From: an uncultured virus (IMG/VR IMGVR_UViG_3300032296_004100)
Lineage: Duplodnaviria; Heunggongvirae; Uroviricota; Caudoviricetes
Length of the DNA stretch: 64,000 nucleotides
IMG/VR virus record: IMGVR_UViG_3300032296_004100
Direction: 5' to 3' (one strand)
The position numbers were made by a program, and so were the translations under genes. This document shows, in pieces, positions 51,546-59,710 of the stretch (positions within the stretch are counted from its first letter, which is position 1; every line of letters starts with the position of its first letter). The notes under the pieces were generated by a model that was not told the DNA's origin, made no database searches, and saw nothing but the letters and a program-made list of their open reading frames with translations.

Positions 51546-53306
51546 TTACCTTCCAAATAACCAACCATACTTTTGATAATCATTTCGGGTTGCCTCATAA
51601 TTTTTAGAGTGATTCATCCCCGAATGATTAAATTGTGGTAAAGAAGGATTAAAATATTCGGATTTTTCTTTATTTTCGGTAACAATAGTAGACCAAGAAT
51701 CCAACATTGCTTTTGTATGGTTTACCACCTTAACCAATGAGGGGAATGCCGCTTCCGCAACATAAGTCGCCATTGCAATTGACATAATACAATCATCATG
51801 GTGACCTTTTTGGTGGTCAGGTCGACCATTGATATAAATAAAAGTTCCCATTTCATTTACCAACCTACTCGACCTTACTTTAAATTCATGACGGAGGGAT
51901 TCTTCAAAGGAAGCGATGATTTGAACCCTTTTATTGTTAAAATTAATTCCAGGTATTTTTTCCTTGACTCTTGGGTCATATTTCCATTTATTTGACATGT
52001 CAACCCCATCATAGAAAAAATTTTCATAACCCATTTCTTGGAGTTTTCTTGCTGTTGCGACACCCATACCACCAGTCAAGTCTATAACACACAAGGCACT
52101 ATACATAATACCCCACTTATATGCGATTTCGGCTAATGTATCGGGCGGTAATTTTCCAACAAATTCTAATACTTGTTCTTTTTCATCAAAATCAATAATT
52201 ACAAAACAAGAAAAGTCTTCAGAATCTCCCCGAGAAACATCTATACCCATAACATATTTGTGACCATTTACAGGTTCTTTCCAAATCCATAACTGTCCGC
52301 CAATCAATTTGGCACTTGGTTCCTTAATATCATTTTTTTGGATATTCTGTAAAAGTTCGGAATCAAATACATTGTCACCTGAACCCAAAAAGTTACATTC
52401 TAATTCTTGCGCAACTTTTCTTCTATCATATTTTAGTTTTTTAACCATACTTTCTAACCAAGATGAGCATGGTTTATAACCGTCTTCAATATATTTGTGT
52501 AAAGTATCTAAACTTCTTTCTTTTCTATTTTCGAGTGATAAATCAATAACACTATCTAATGGGTATTCATGTTTGTTAAGAAGGTAATGAACTAAGTCTT
52601 TAGTTTTAACCATATACAAATCTTTTGTATATCGAGGGTCACGATACCAATACATTTCAGTGATTTTGAAATCATTCATACCACGAAGAGCTTGGTCATA
52701 AATTTCATAGTAAATTGCGTCAAAACCATTAGGTGTTGAAATTACAACAACTTTACCACCTGTAGAAAGAGATGCCATACAAGCCGCCCAAAAATCACTA
52801 TCAGCCTCAATAAACGCGGCTTCGTCAAAAATTAATGTTGTGGGGGTGTAACCACGAAGTGCATCTTTTGAAGTTGCAACAGCTTTTACTTCACATCCGT
52901 TTGATAGTTTAAAGTGACGAGCGGAATTTTTTTCAGGTGCAAACCCAATTCCGACCCAACTTGGCCATTGTTCGGTGAATCCACGAATTTTGTTCGCAAA
53001 TTCTACCGAAGTATCTAATTTATTTGCAATTATAAGAACTTTTTCAGGTTTTTCTTTTCTCGCAAATGCTAGTCGTTTACTTGCCCAAGCGGCGGTAACT
53101 GTCGATACCCCTGCTTGACGATACTTCAGGGCAATATTTTCATTGTACTCCTCATAATCTTCGACAAGCTGAACTTGGTCTTGAAACAATTCCAAAGGTA
53201 CATACCGAGAGACCGTATTATCGTAAGTTTGTAAATAAGTCTTCAGCGCATACGGAGTGCTTTTCATGCACTTTTTATACTCAATAATAACTTGTTCTTT
53301 TGTCAT
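51546..53306 (-). CDS. Terminase large subunit (T4 gp17-like)
   Basis: LKYRQAGVST, LIFDEAAF, ISTPNG, QELEC.F, GIDVSRG and HHDD. Confidence 0.95.
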   Translation of the reverse strand: MTKEQVIIEYKKCMKSTPYALKTYLQTYDNTVSRYVPLELFQDQVQLVEDYEEYNENIALKYRQAGVSTVTAAWASKRLAFARKEKPEKVLIIANKLDTSVEFANKIRGFTEQWPSWVGIGFAPEKNSARHFKLSNGCEVKAVATSKDALRGYTPTTLIFDEAAFIEADSDFWAACMASLSTGGKVVVISTPNGFDAIYYEIYDQALRGMNDFKITEMYWYRDPRYTKDLYMVKTKDLVHYLLNKHEYPLDSVIDLSLENRKERSLDTLHKYIEDGYKPCSSWLESMVKKLKYDRRKVAQELECNFLGSGDNVFDSELLQNIQKNDIKEPSAKLIGGQLWIWKEPVNGHKYVMGIDVSRGDSEDFSCFVIIDFDEKEQVLEFVGKLPPDTLAEIAYKWGIMYSALCVIDLTGGMGVATARKLQEMGYENFFYDGVDMSNKWKYDPRVKEKIPGINFNNKRVQIIASFEESLRHEFKVRSSRLVNEMGTFIYINGRPDHQKGHHDDCIMSIAMATYVAEAAFPSLVKVVNHTKAMLDSWSTIVTENKEKSEYFNPSLPQFNHSGMNHSKNYEATRNDYQKYGWLFGR

Positions 53307-53312
53307 AATTTC

Positions 53313-54599
53313 TTAGTCAGGACGGGAAATTCCCAAACCTGATAAGAAATCTAAACCATCATCTTCGGAATCTTCGTCCGTGTCAAAACTTTCGTATTCC
53401 TCCTTATTTTGTTTTGCAATTGTAATCAACTCACGAAAAGAGTCGGTAGCCTTTGCAATTTTTTTGGTGTCTTCGGAAATTGCATTTCCAACAATTTCTA
53501 AGAATTCCTCAGCAGGGAGTTTATAAAGTTCCATTTGGAACCAATTAATCAAACCTTTGTTTTGTTCATCATAAACTTCATCAGGTAACGCAAAACGAAT
53601 TTTTTCAACAATTTGCGGTCCAATTCTAAGGGACCATGCTTCCATAGGTAAAGTATCGGTTTGACCCATAACTTTTTCACGAGTTGTGGGGTCTTCAGGT
53701 AAACCATAACGACCTTTAGCCTCTTCCAATCCTTTGATTATTTCATGACACACAATGGGAAACAACATCCCGTAGGCTTTAATTACGGTATCGGGAGAAC
53801 TATCACCATCCTCTTCTTCAAAACCATCATCTCCGGCGTCCTCAAGTTCAACCTTCCCAGCAACTCCTTGACCTGTAGCACCCATCATCTCAATCATTTG
53901 TTCCATGGTAAAGTACATAAAATCATTCAAGGACATTATCTCCAAATATGCGGGATAAAGTCTTGGGTCTATTTCATCGAGTTTTTTTCTAATTTCAGGT
54001 TTTTGAAAAAGATAGTGACCTTTTTTTGCTGACCCTTGGATAATTGCGTTAATAATATTTCTCTTATGCTTTTCTAATTCTAAAACTTCTTCAGGGGTTA
54101 CCTCATCGATGTCAAAACCTGAATCAATCATAATCTTTTGAGCGTCCTCTTCGTTTTTTTCCTCTAACTCCTCGGCTTCGTATCTAAAGTTACTAACATC
54201 GATTGTTTCACGATTCAAATTTGCCTCAACAATAAACCAATCAGAGGGTACTTGGGTATCTTCCAAACAAGCCTCGATTGCCAAGTTTTCCAAAGCATCC
54301 CTGTGTCTTGATTCAATTTGCATAACTTGGGGTACTTTCTGATACATTTCAGAAATTAACATCCTTCCCAACATTTGAGAATTAATTGTTTCTCTTCCTG
54401 TAACCTCTCGAACTTTGTCCACAACTTGTTTAAATCGGTTTGTAACCAATCTTTGTACATCTTCAGAACCTTTTCCCATTGCAGGATTTTTTGCGTAAGG
54501 ACTCTCAGGGTCTCGGAGTTTTCTTTCGAGACTTGGGTCCATACGCTCGGGATAATCCCCGTAATCGATTTGTTCTCGAATTTTTCTATTTTTTGCCAT
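53313..54599 (-). CDS. Hypothetical protein
   Basis: About 428-aa acidic ORF upstream of TerL. Confidence 0.65.
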   Translation of the reverse strand: MAKNRKIREQIDYGDYPERMDPSLERKLRDPESPYAKNPAMGKGSEDVQRLVTNRFKQVVDKVREVTGRETINSQMLGRMLISEMYQKVPQVMQIESRHRDALENLAIEACLEDTQVPSDWFIVEANLNRETIDVSNFRYEAEELEEKNEEDAQKIMIDSGFDIDEVTPEEVLELEKHKRNIINAIIQGSAKKGHYLFQKPEIRKKLDEIDPRLYPAYLEIMSLNDFMYFTMEQMIEMMGATGQGVAGKVELEDAGDDGFEEEDGDSSPDTVIKAYGMLFPIVCHEIIKGLEEAKGRYGLPEDPTTREKVMGQTDTLPMEAWSLRIGPQIVEKIRFALPDEVYDEQNKGLINWFQMELYKLPAEEFLEIVGNAISEDTKKIAKATDSFRELITIAKQNKEEYESFDTDEDSEDDGLDFLSGLGISRPD

Positions 54600-55455
54600 C
54601 ACGAAGAATACTTTGAATTAGTTGTAATACATCTTTTTTAGCACCTTCCATTTCTTTATTAGAGGCCTTTGGTTTGGGATTTGGTCCTTCGAATGGTTTT
54701 TTACCAGGATGTGCAGGACGAATAGAGGGTCTCGTACCAGGTTTGGTAGTTGGTTTAACAGGTGCAGTTTCAGTTTCTGCCTCACCCATAGATTGTAACA
54801 TCCCTAAATCCCCAATAGGACGACTCATACGAACGCTCTTTCCTCTTTTAGATTTTGGTTTGTAAACCGAGCGACGAATGACACCTTGTTCGGCAATCAT
54901 ATTCAATATTTCTGTTTTTGTCATTTTTGGTTCTAAATAATTTTCAACCAAAGATACAATTTCTTCTTCAATAAAAAAATCCATCGGAGATTTTCCTTCC
55001 TTTAAGCTTTTTTTAACTTGTTTAACACATCTTTCAAACTTGGCGTTTTTCTTAGGACCTAATTGTGCGTGGCATATAGCCCAAGGATTGTTTTCATCTT
55101 TTTCTTCTTCTGACATATCCTCCTTTTTATCAATCTCAGTATCACCTAAATCACCCATACCATCAGGGGCTTGAACTTGGTGTGGTGCTTGAGTGGTGGC
55201 ACCACCTTGAGCACTACCCATATAGTCCACATCATCTTCAGTCATCTCAGTTTCGATACGAACATTAATACCTCTTGAAGTTAAATCTTTGAGTTTCTGT
55301 GGTTCCGCTTTTTCAGGGGAAATAATAACAGCGCCTTGTTCTAAGATTGCAAGTTTTTCTAAGAGCACATCGATTTGAGTTTCATTCAATTTTACAACGG
55401 TTGTTGGTGATAATCCCATTTCTACCAATTTAACAATTTTTTCCTTAGTTTTCAT
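54586..55455 (-). CDS. Hypothetical probable head-internal protein
   Basis: MKTKEK start; NPWAICHAQ...KFERCV module; multiple [LI]xE sites. Confidence 0.55.
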   Translation of the reverse strand: MKTKEKIVKLVEMGLSPTTVVKLNETQIDVLLEKLAILEQGAVIISPEKAEPQKLKDLTSRGINVRIETEMTEDDVDYMGSAQGGATTQAPHQVQAPDGMGDLGDTEIDKKEDMSEEEKDENNPWAICHAQLGPKKNAKFERCVKQVKKSLKEGKSPMDFFIEEEIVSLVENYLEPKMTKTEILNMIAEQGVIRRSVYKPKSKRGKSVRMSRPIGDLGMLQSMGEAETETAPVKPTTKPGTRPSIRPAHPGKKPFEGPNPKPKASNKEMEGAKKDVLQLIQSILRDGKK

Positions 55456-55840
55456 ATACAACTTTTTTTTCGAACTCAAGAATTAGGTCTTTTTCGTAAA
55501 GTTTATTTTTTACCGATTCTTCTTCTTCACCAAATTTAAACACCAATCGATTGTTTTCATCGTACTCTTCAATTTCCCAACCTAAAGCAATAACACCGTC
55601 CATGGCATCGGACATATTGAAATAATCTGAGTTTTGAACAAGTTCCAATTTGACATCTGAGTTTCTAAGGACTCCGACTTTATTGATATGTTCTAATTTA
55701 GGTGGTGTGGGATATCCACCCGAAGGTGACGACTCCCATGAATCACCCCACACATCTAAGTTTTCAGAAAATATAAATTCGTAGAGATTGTTTCCCTTAT
55801 AATCAGGACCTAGTCCATTGATATAAGTTAGATATCTCAT
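55445..55840 (-). CDS. Hypothetical protein
   Basis: 131-aa ORF overlapping both neighbours. Confidence 0.6.
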   Translation of the reverse strand: MRYLTYINGLGPDYKGNNLYEFIFSENLDVWGDSWESSPSGGYPTPPKLEHINKVGVLRNSDVKLELVQNSDYFNMSDAMDGVIALGWEIEEYDENNRLVFKFGEEEESVKNKLYEKDLILEFEKKVVYEN

Positions 55841-57003
55841 AAAACTATTCCTTCGACAGAGATTTTAATTTGTTTATTTTTATTTTCAAATACCAAATTC
55901 TTTTTATTTGTTCTACCAACAAATTCAAAATTTGAGTTTTCTTCTAAAAACTTCTTACTTGCCAACTCTTGTTCGATGGTCTCTGATAAAGTTTCAATTT
56001 TTGAAATAAACGAATTAACTTTTTTCTTGTTTTCACTTTTTCTTTCCTCAAACAACTTTTTTGAAAGTTCTACTTCTGAATCCGTGACCTCAAAATACTT
56101 ACTAAGGACTTTGTCGATATTGCTTTCCCTAACCGAGTTGTAGTCATAGTCTTCAGAACCCATACCTTCCATAGGTTCTTCCATAGAAACTTCATCCTCA
56201 AAATCTAAATCCATTTCAGTTTCTCCACCCATATCTGAATCCATTTCAACATCAGCTTCCACATCTTCAAACTTAGACATAATGTCCTCCATGTCCTCAG
56301 GGTCTAATTTAGTCAAATCAAGAGCTGAAAGAACCATGTTAATAACATATTTAATATCCTCAGAGGACATTCCTTCTTGGTCTTCGAGGGCTCTCATTTT
56401 TTGGGTCAATTTACCAGTAAGTTTTTGAATTACTTTAAAAGAAACTCTTTCTTCCATATCTTCACCACCTGTCATAGGTTCTTCAGCGGGAACATCCAAA
56501 TCAAGTTCTGTGTCCATACCTAAATCGAGTTCATCGTCACCACCCATGTCGTCCATAGGTAGTTCAGGCGCCGGAAGTGCCATTGGTTCTGCGGGAACCG
56601 CAGGTGTAACAACTTCAGGTGTTGGTGGGGTTGGTGTTTTTAAAACAAATTTCTTTTGTTCACCAAACAATTTAACTTCTTCGTTTTGACCGTTAAGCTC
56701 ATTGTTTTCTTTAATTATTAAATTTAACTTTCTAAGAGCTTGTGAGTATGAGGAGTGATACTTTCTATTTTTCATTGGTTCCATGTAATCTAAAGTGGAT
56801 TCGTTAATCCCCTTTTTAATAATGTAACCTTGTTTCTCTTTTACAATGTGGTAATCCATTCCATCAGGTAAATTAATGGAATATTCTGTTGCACCTTCTT
56901 TAATGCCTGTTGATGACGTACGGTAGGTGGCAATCTCCATAATTCTTTTTAATTTATCGGCTCCTTCGAGTTTTTCGCTACCGATTGCTTTTAATTTTGC
57001 CAT
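55837..57003 (-). CDS. Hypothetical acidic protein (prohead-core-like)
   Basis: D/E/M-rich low-complexity tracts similar to the scaffold protein. Confidence 0.55.
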   Translation of the reverse strand: MAKLKAIGSEKLEGADKLKRIMEIATYRTSSTGIKEGATEYSINLPDGMDYHIVKEKQGYIIKKGINESTLDYMEPMKNRKYHSSYSQALRKLNLIIKENNELNGQNEEVKLFGEQKKFVLKTPTPPTPEVVTPAVPAEPMALPAPELPMDDMGGDDELDLGMDTELDLDVPAEEPMTGGEDMEERVSFKVIQKLTGKLTQKMRALEDQEGMSSEDIKYVINMVLSALDLTKLDPEDMEDIMSKFEDVEADVEMDSDMGGETEMDLDFEDEVSMEEPMEGMGSEDYDYNSVRESNIDKVLSKYFEVTDSEVELSKKLFEERKSENKKKVNSFISKIETLSETIEQELASKKFLEENSNFEFVGRTNKKNLVFENKNKQIKISVEGIVL

Positions 57004-57022
57004 GGTTTTTTTTTATTAATTT

Positions 57023-57904
57023 TTAGTTGTTAAGGCCGTGCATACCCCCTAGTTGTACCGCACTCAAATCGATTACAGTCCCTTGTTTTTCTCCATCGGG
57101 ACCCACAGGGACCCAATCAGATGGATGTGGGTATGAGGCAATGTATGGTGAATCATCTCCACAAGTTACACAAGCCTCGGCTTCATACTGAACATTCACA
57201 TCAAATACTCCAAAAGGTGTTGATGAGGGTGTGGGGGTTGGAGTTTTTGTTACCGTTTGAGTTGGTGTTGCGGTGTTTGTTGTTGTAACAGTTGGGGTGG
57301 GTGTGCTTGTTGTTGTTGCTGTTTGAGTTGGAGTATTACTAGCCGTATTTGTGGGAGTTTGTGTTTGAGTATTAGTTGGTGTTACGGTAGGGGATGGTGT
57401 ATTAGTTGGTGTTGACGTATTTGTTGCGGTAATACTTGGTGTTGGTGTGTTTGTTGCGGTAATACTTGGTGTTGGTGTGTTTGTTGCGGTATTAGTTGGT
57501 GTTTGTGTCTGAGTTTGGGTTGTAGTGTTTGTAGGCGTTTGTGTTTGTGTTGGGGTTTGGGTTTGTGTAATTGTTGGTGTTGGTGTTGGAGTTGCAGTAT
57601 TTGTTGGGGTTTGAGTTTGGGTTGCCGTGTTTGTTGGTGTTTGTGTGGGTGTTGAGGTTGGGGATTCGGTAGGAGTTGGTGTTAAATCTGCCTGACACTC
57701 AACACAGGATTGCCATGGGCCATTGAAAACAGTTACAATTTGTGCAAGTGGAGTTTCATCAAAAGTAGTAAGGGTCCAACAACCAATGTTTGTTGCCCCT
57801 GCTAATAATTCATAAATTCTACCCGAAACAATTGTAGCTTCAGTAGCTAAATATCTGAAGGGTTCCCCCGTACAAGAAATTCCAATAAAATAATTCAATG
57901 CCAT
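57023..57904 (-). CDS. Thr/Pro-rich mucin-like protein in the head module
   Basis: About 155-aa TPT tract between Cys-containing termini. Confidence 0.7.
   Translation of the reverse strand: MALNYFIGISCTGEPFRYLATEATIVSGRIYELLAGATNIGCWTLTTFDETPLAQIVTVFNGPWQSCVECQADLTPTPTESPTSTPTQTPTNTATQTQTPTNTATPTPTPTITQTQTPTQTQTPTNTTTQTQTQTPTNTATNTPTPSITATNTPTPSITATNTSTPTNTPSPTVTPTNTQTQTPTNTASNTPTQTATTTSTPTPTVTTTNTATPTQTVTKTPTPTPSSTPFGVFDVNVQYEAEACVTCGDDSPYIASYPHPSDWVPVGPDGEKQGTVIDLSAVQLGGMHGLNN
57421..57490. repeat. 30-bp tandem repeat (about 2.3 units) in the TPT tract
   Basis: ttgttgcggtaatacttggtgttggtgtgt x2 followed by ttgttgcggt. Confidence 0.9.
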
Positions 57905-57968
57905 GGACTTTTTTCTATAAATATTGTCAGTTAATAATAACTTTAATAAATAAATATCTAAAATGGTA

Positions 57969-58721
57969 TTAATCTACCAATTTTACCTCAACTGATAATT
58001 CTTTGTCTGTTTGACGACTAACAGTATTATAGAGTTTCTCCAACAATCCTGACCTACGAAGGTACTTAAACACCAAATTTTCATAGGAATATTCCCCCTC
58101 TTTTTCGAGTCCCGACTTACGATAATCTTTTAATTTTTTTTTCAGTTTCTCAACTTTCTCTTCGTTGGCTTTGAGACCTTCTTTTTTGATGTTGGTAATA
58201 AGATTCTCTATTTTGTCTTTCCAACCATCGATTTTGGTGGTTAGAACACCTCTTTCGAGTTGTGGTTTTTCTTTCGAGGGTTTAGAAATCCACTCATCAT
58301 TTAACACCGAATATACTCCCGAGGCAAAATGCATCTCCTCAGAATCTTGTGGGTATAGTTCAACTTCGTAACCAAAAATTTTAATATCGTGTTTGTCGTT
58401 AAATATCTGTTTTTTAAGACCAAATAAATCTCTGTAAAGTTGAGATTGTTTTCCGAATTGTTTGTAATCGATAATAAGATGTAGGTCAAAGTCTGAATAT
58501 TCTGACCAGTTGTAGTTTGATAAACTACCTGTTAGGACCACATCTTCGACTTCCAAGTCATCTATTAATGTATCGCCAAATGCTTCGGCAATTTTCATAA
58601 GAGCGTCTCTTACTTTTGGTTTAATCACCGCTTCTGAGGCATCGTCATTGTTTTCCCATACCTTTGGGTTAAGGGTGTCTCTAACAGAGAAGCTCTGAAG
58701 TATGGTTGATAGTTGGGCCAT
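57969..58721 (-). CDS. Pol-beta-superfamily nucleotidyltransferase
   Basis: LTGSLSNYNWSEYSDFDLHL (GS...DxD) and a third acidic residue in VELY. Confidence 0.75.
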   Translation of the reverse strand: MAQLSTILQSFSVRDTLNPKVWENNDDASEAVIKPKVRDALMKIAEAFGDTLIDDLEVEDVVLTGSLSNYNWSEYSDFDLHLIIDYKQFGKQSQLYRDLFGLKKQIFNDKHDIKIFGYEVELYPQDSEEMHFASGVYSVLNDEWISKPSKEKPQLERGVLTTKIDGWKDKIENLITNIKKEGLKANEEKVEKLKKKLKDYRKSGLEKEGEYSYENLVFKYLRRSGLLEKLYNTVSRQTDKELSVEVKLVD

Positions 58722-58741
58722 CTGAGATAAATACCTCCTTA

Positions 58742-58984
58742 TTAGAGTTTGGTGTATTTAAATTTTTTGGCAATATCACTTGAGAAGTATTTCCCTTGAG
58801 ATTCTGCCATTCTAAACTTTGTGTAGGTTTGATGTGGAACTTCATTATATTGGTATTTTGTTCCGTTTTTAAATTCTACGACCATTTCTTTTGACTCGGT
58901 ATCATAGACGCTTTTAATGATTGTTGTTGAATCAATCTCATTGATGATTTTTGTTCCGTCTATAGTTTCTTTTTTTACTCCCAT
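58742..58984 (-). CDS. KTSC-domain protein
   Basis: ST.I.S.YD......VEFKNG..YQY..VP...Y..F..AES.GKYF...I. Confidence 0.9.
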   Translation of the reverse strand: MGVKKETIDGTKIINEIDSTTIIKSVYDTESKEMVVEFKNGTKYQYNEVPHQTYTKFRMAESQGKYFSSDIAKKFKYTKL

Positions 58985-59038
58985 TGTAAAGATGTTTTTA
59001 TAAGTTAATTTACTAGTGTATCGTTAATTGATAAATAC

Positions 59039-59066
59039 AAAAAACCCCCAACTTACGCTGAGGGTC
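59039..59066 (-). terminator. Intrinsic terminator after the UVR gene
   Basis: Minus strand GACCCTCAGC-GTAA-GTTGGGGGTT followed by a U-tract. Confidence 0.75.
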
Positions 59067-59086
59067 AAAAACAGGGTCTTTGATTA

Positions 59087-59512
59087 TTAGGAAAGTTTCT
59101 TTATTTCATCTCTAAGTTCAATTGCCTTTTCATAGTCTTGTTGGTCAACTGCTTTTGTTAGTTGTAAGTTAAGGTCTTCAAGTTTAACTTTATTGTCTTC
59201 CAAGTTTTTAATCTTGTCACGAAGCTCCACCGCTTTTTCAAACTCTTGAAGGTTCACCGCATTTTGGAGTTCTTTTCTAAGACGCTCCAAGGTATTTTGT
59301 TCTGCGGGTTGTGGAGTGTTCCCGTAGGTTGACCTAAAAATCGTGGTGAATTGAATCATACCATCTTCAGAGGTAAAGGTTTCTTTTGACCAATCACCAT
59401 TCTCATCCTTACCATTCTCTTTTTGTGTTTTACCTTTAAAGATAAATGGGTCTTGGTTTAACAGTGAGTTAAAAAGGTTGTCAAATTCATTAAATAATTT
59501 TCTTCTAAACAT
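59087..59512 (-). CDS. Tandem UVR (UvrB/C motif) protein, McsA-like putative Clp adaptor
   Basis: Two repeats: LQNAVNLQEFEKAVELRDKI and LTKAVDQQDYEKAIELRDEI. Confidence 0.8.
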   Translation of the reverse strand: MFRRKLFNEFDNLFNSLLNQDPFIFKGKTQKENGKDENGDWSKETFTSEDGMIQFTTIFRSTYGNTPQPAEQNTLERLRKELQNAVNLQEFEKAVELRDKIKNLEDNKVKLEDLNLQLTKAVDQQDYEKAIELRDEIKKLS

Positions 59513-59550
59513 TTTTTGTATTTTTTAATTTTTTTATTTGACCCTAATAA

Positions 59551-59567
59551 GTCAATCCCCGTACCAA
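59551..59567 (-). promoter_or_regulatory. sigma54-like -24/-12 promoter for the UVR gene
   Basis: Minus strand TTGGTACGGGGATTGAC (GG-N10-GA versus consensus TGGCACG-N4-TTGC). Confidence 0.55.
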
Positions 59568-59577
59568 ATCAAAATAA

Positions 59578-59632
59578 CTGACAAAATGTCTGAATTAGTT
59601 TTATTTAGAAATATTTTTATGACATCTTGTCA
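59578..59632. promoter_or_regulatory. Two TGACA-N3-TGTC(A/T) palindromic operator-like sites
   Basis: TGACAaaaTGTCT at 59579-59591 and TGACAtctTGTCA at 59620-59632. Confidence 0.6.
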
Positions 59633-59657
59633 ATTACTAACAAAATTCTGACAGGGG

Positions 59658-59689
59658 TTTGGAATTGTCCTTTTTTTGATTAACCTTTG
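59658..59689 (+). promoter_or_regulatory. Bacteroidota-type promoter for clpC (near-consensus)
   Basis: TTTG(59658-61)-N20-AACCTTTG(59682-89); one mismatch to TAnnTTTG. Confidence 0.45.
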
Positions 59690-59710
59690 TACAAATCAAT
59701 TCTATAAATT

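Noticed and set aside
43740..53306. Introns, inteins or homing endonucleases in MCP, portal or TerL
   Set aside because: The ORFs are continuous and of expected size, and I saw no intein or endonuclease motifs.
12347..57923. Canonical T4 late promoters TATAAATA read on the opposite strand
   Set aside because: In that orientation they would point away from the adjacent start codons and mostly antisense into upstream genes; the sense-strand TATTTAT reading is consistent.
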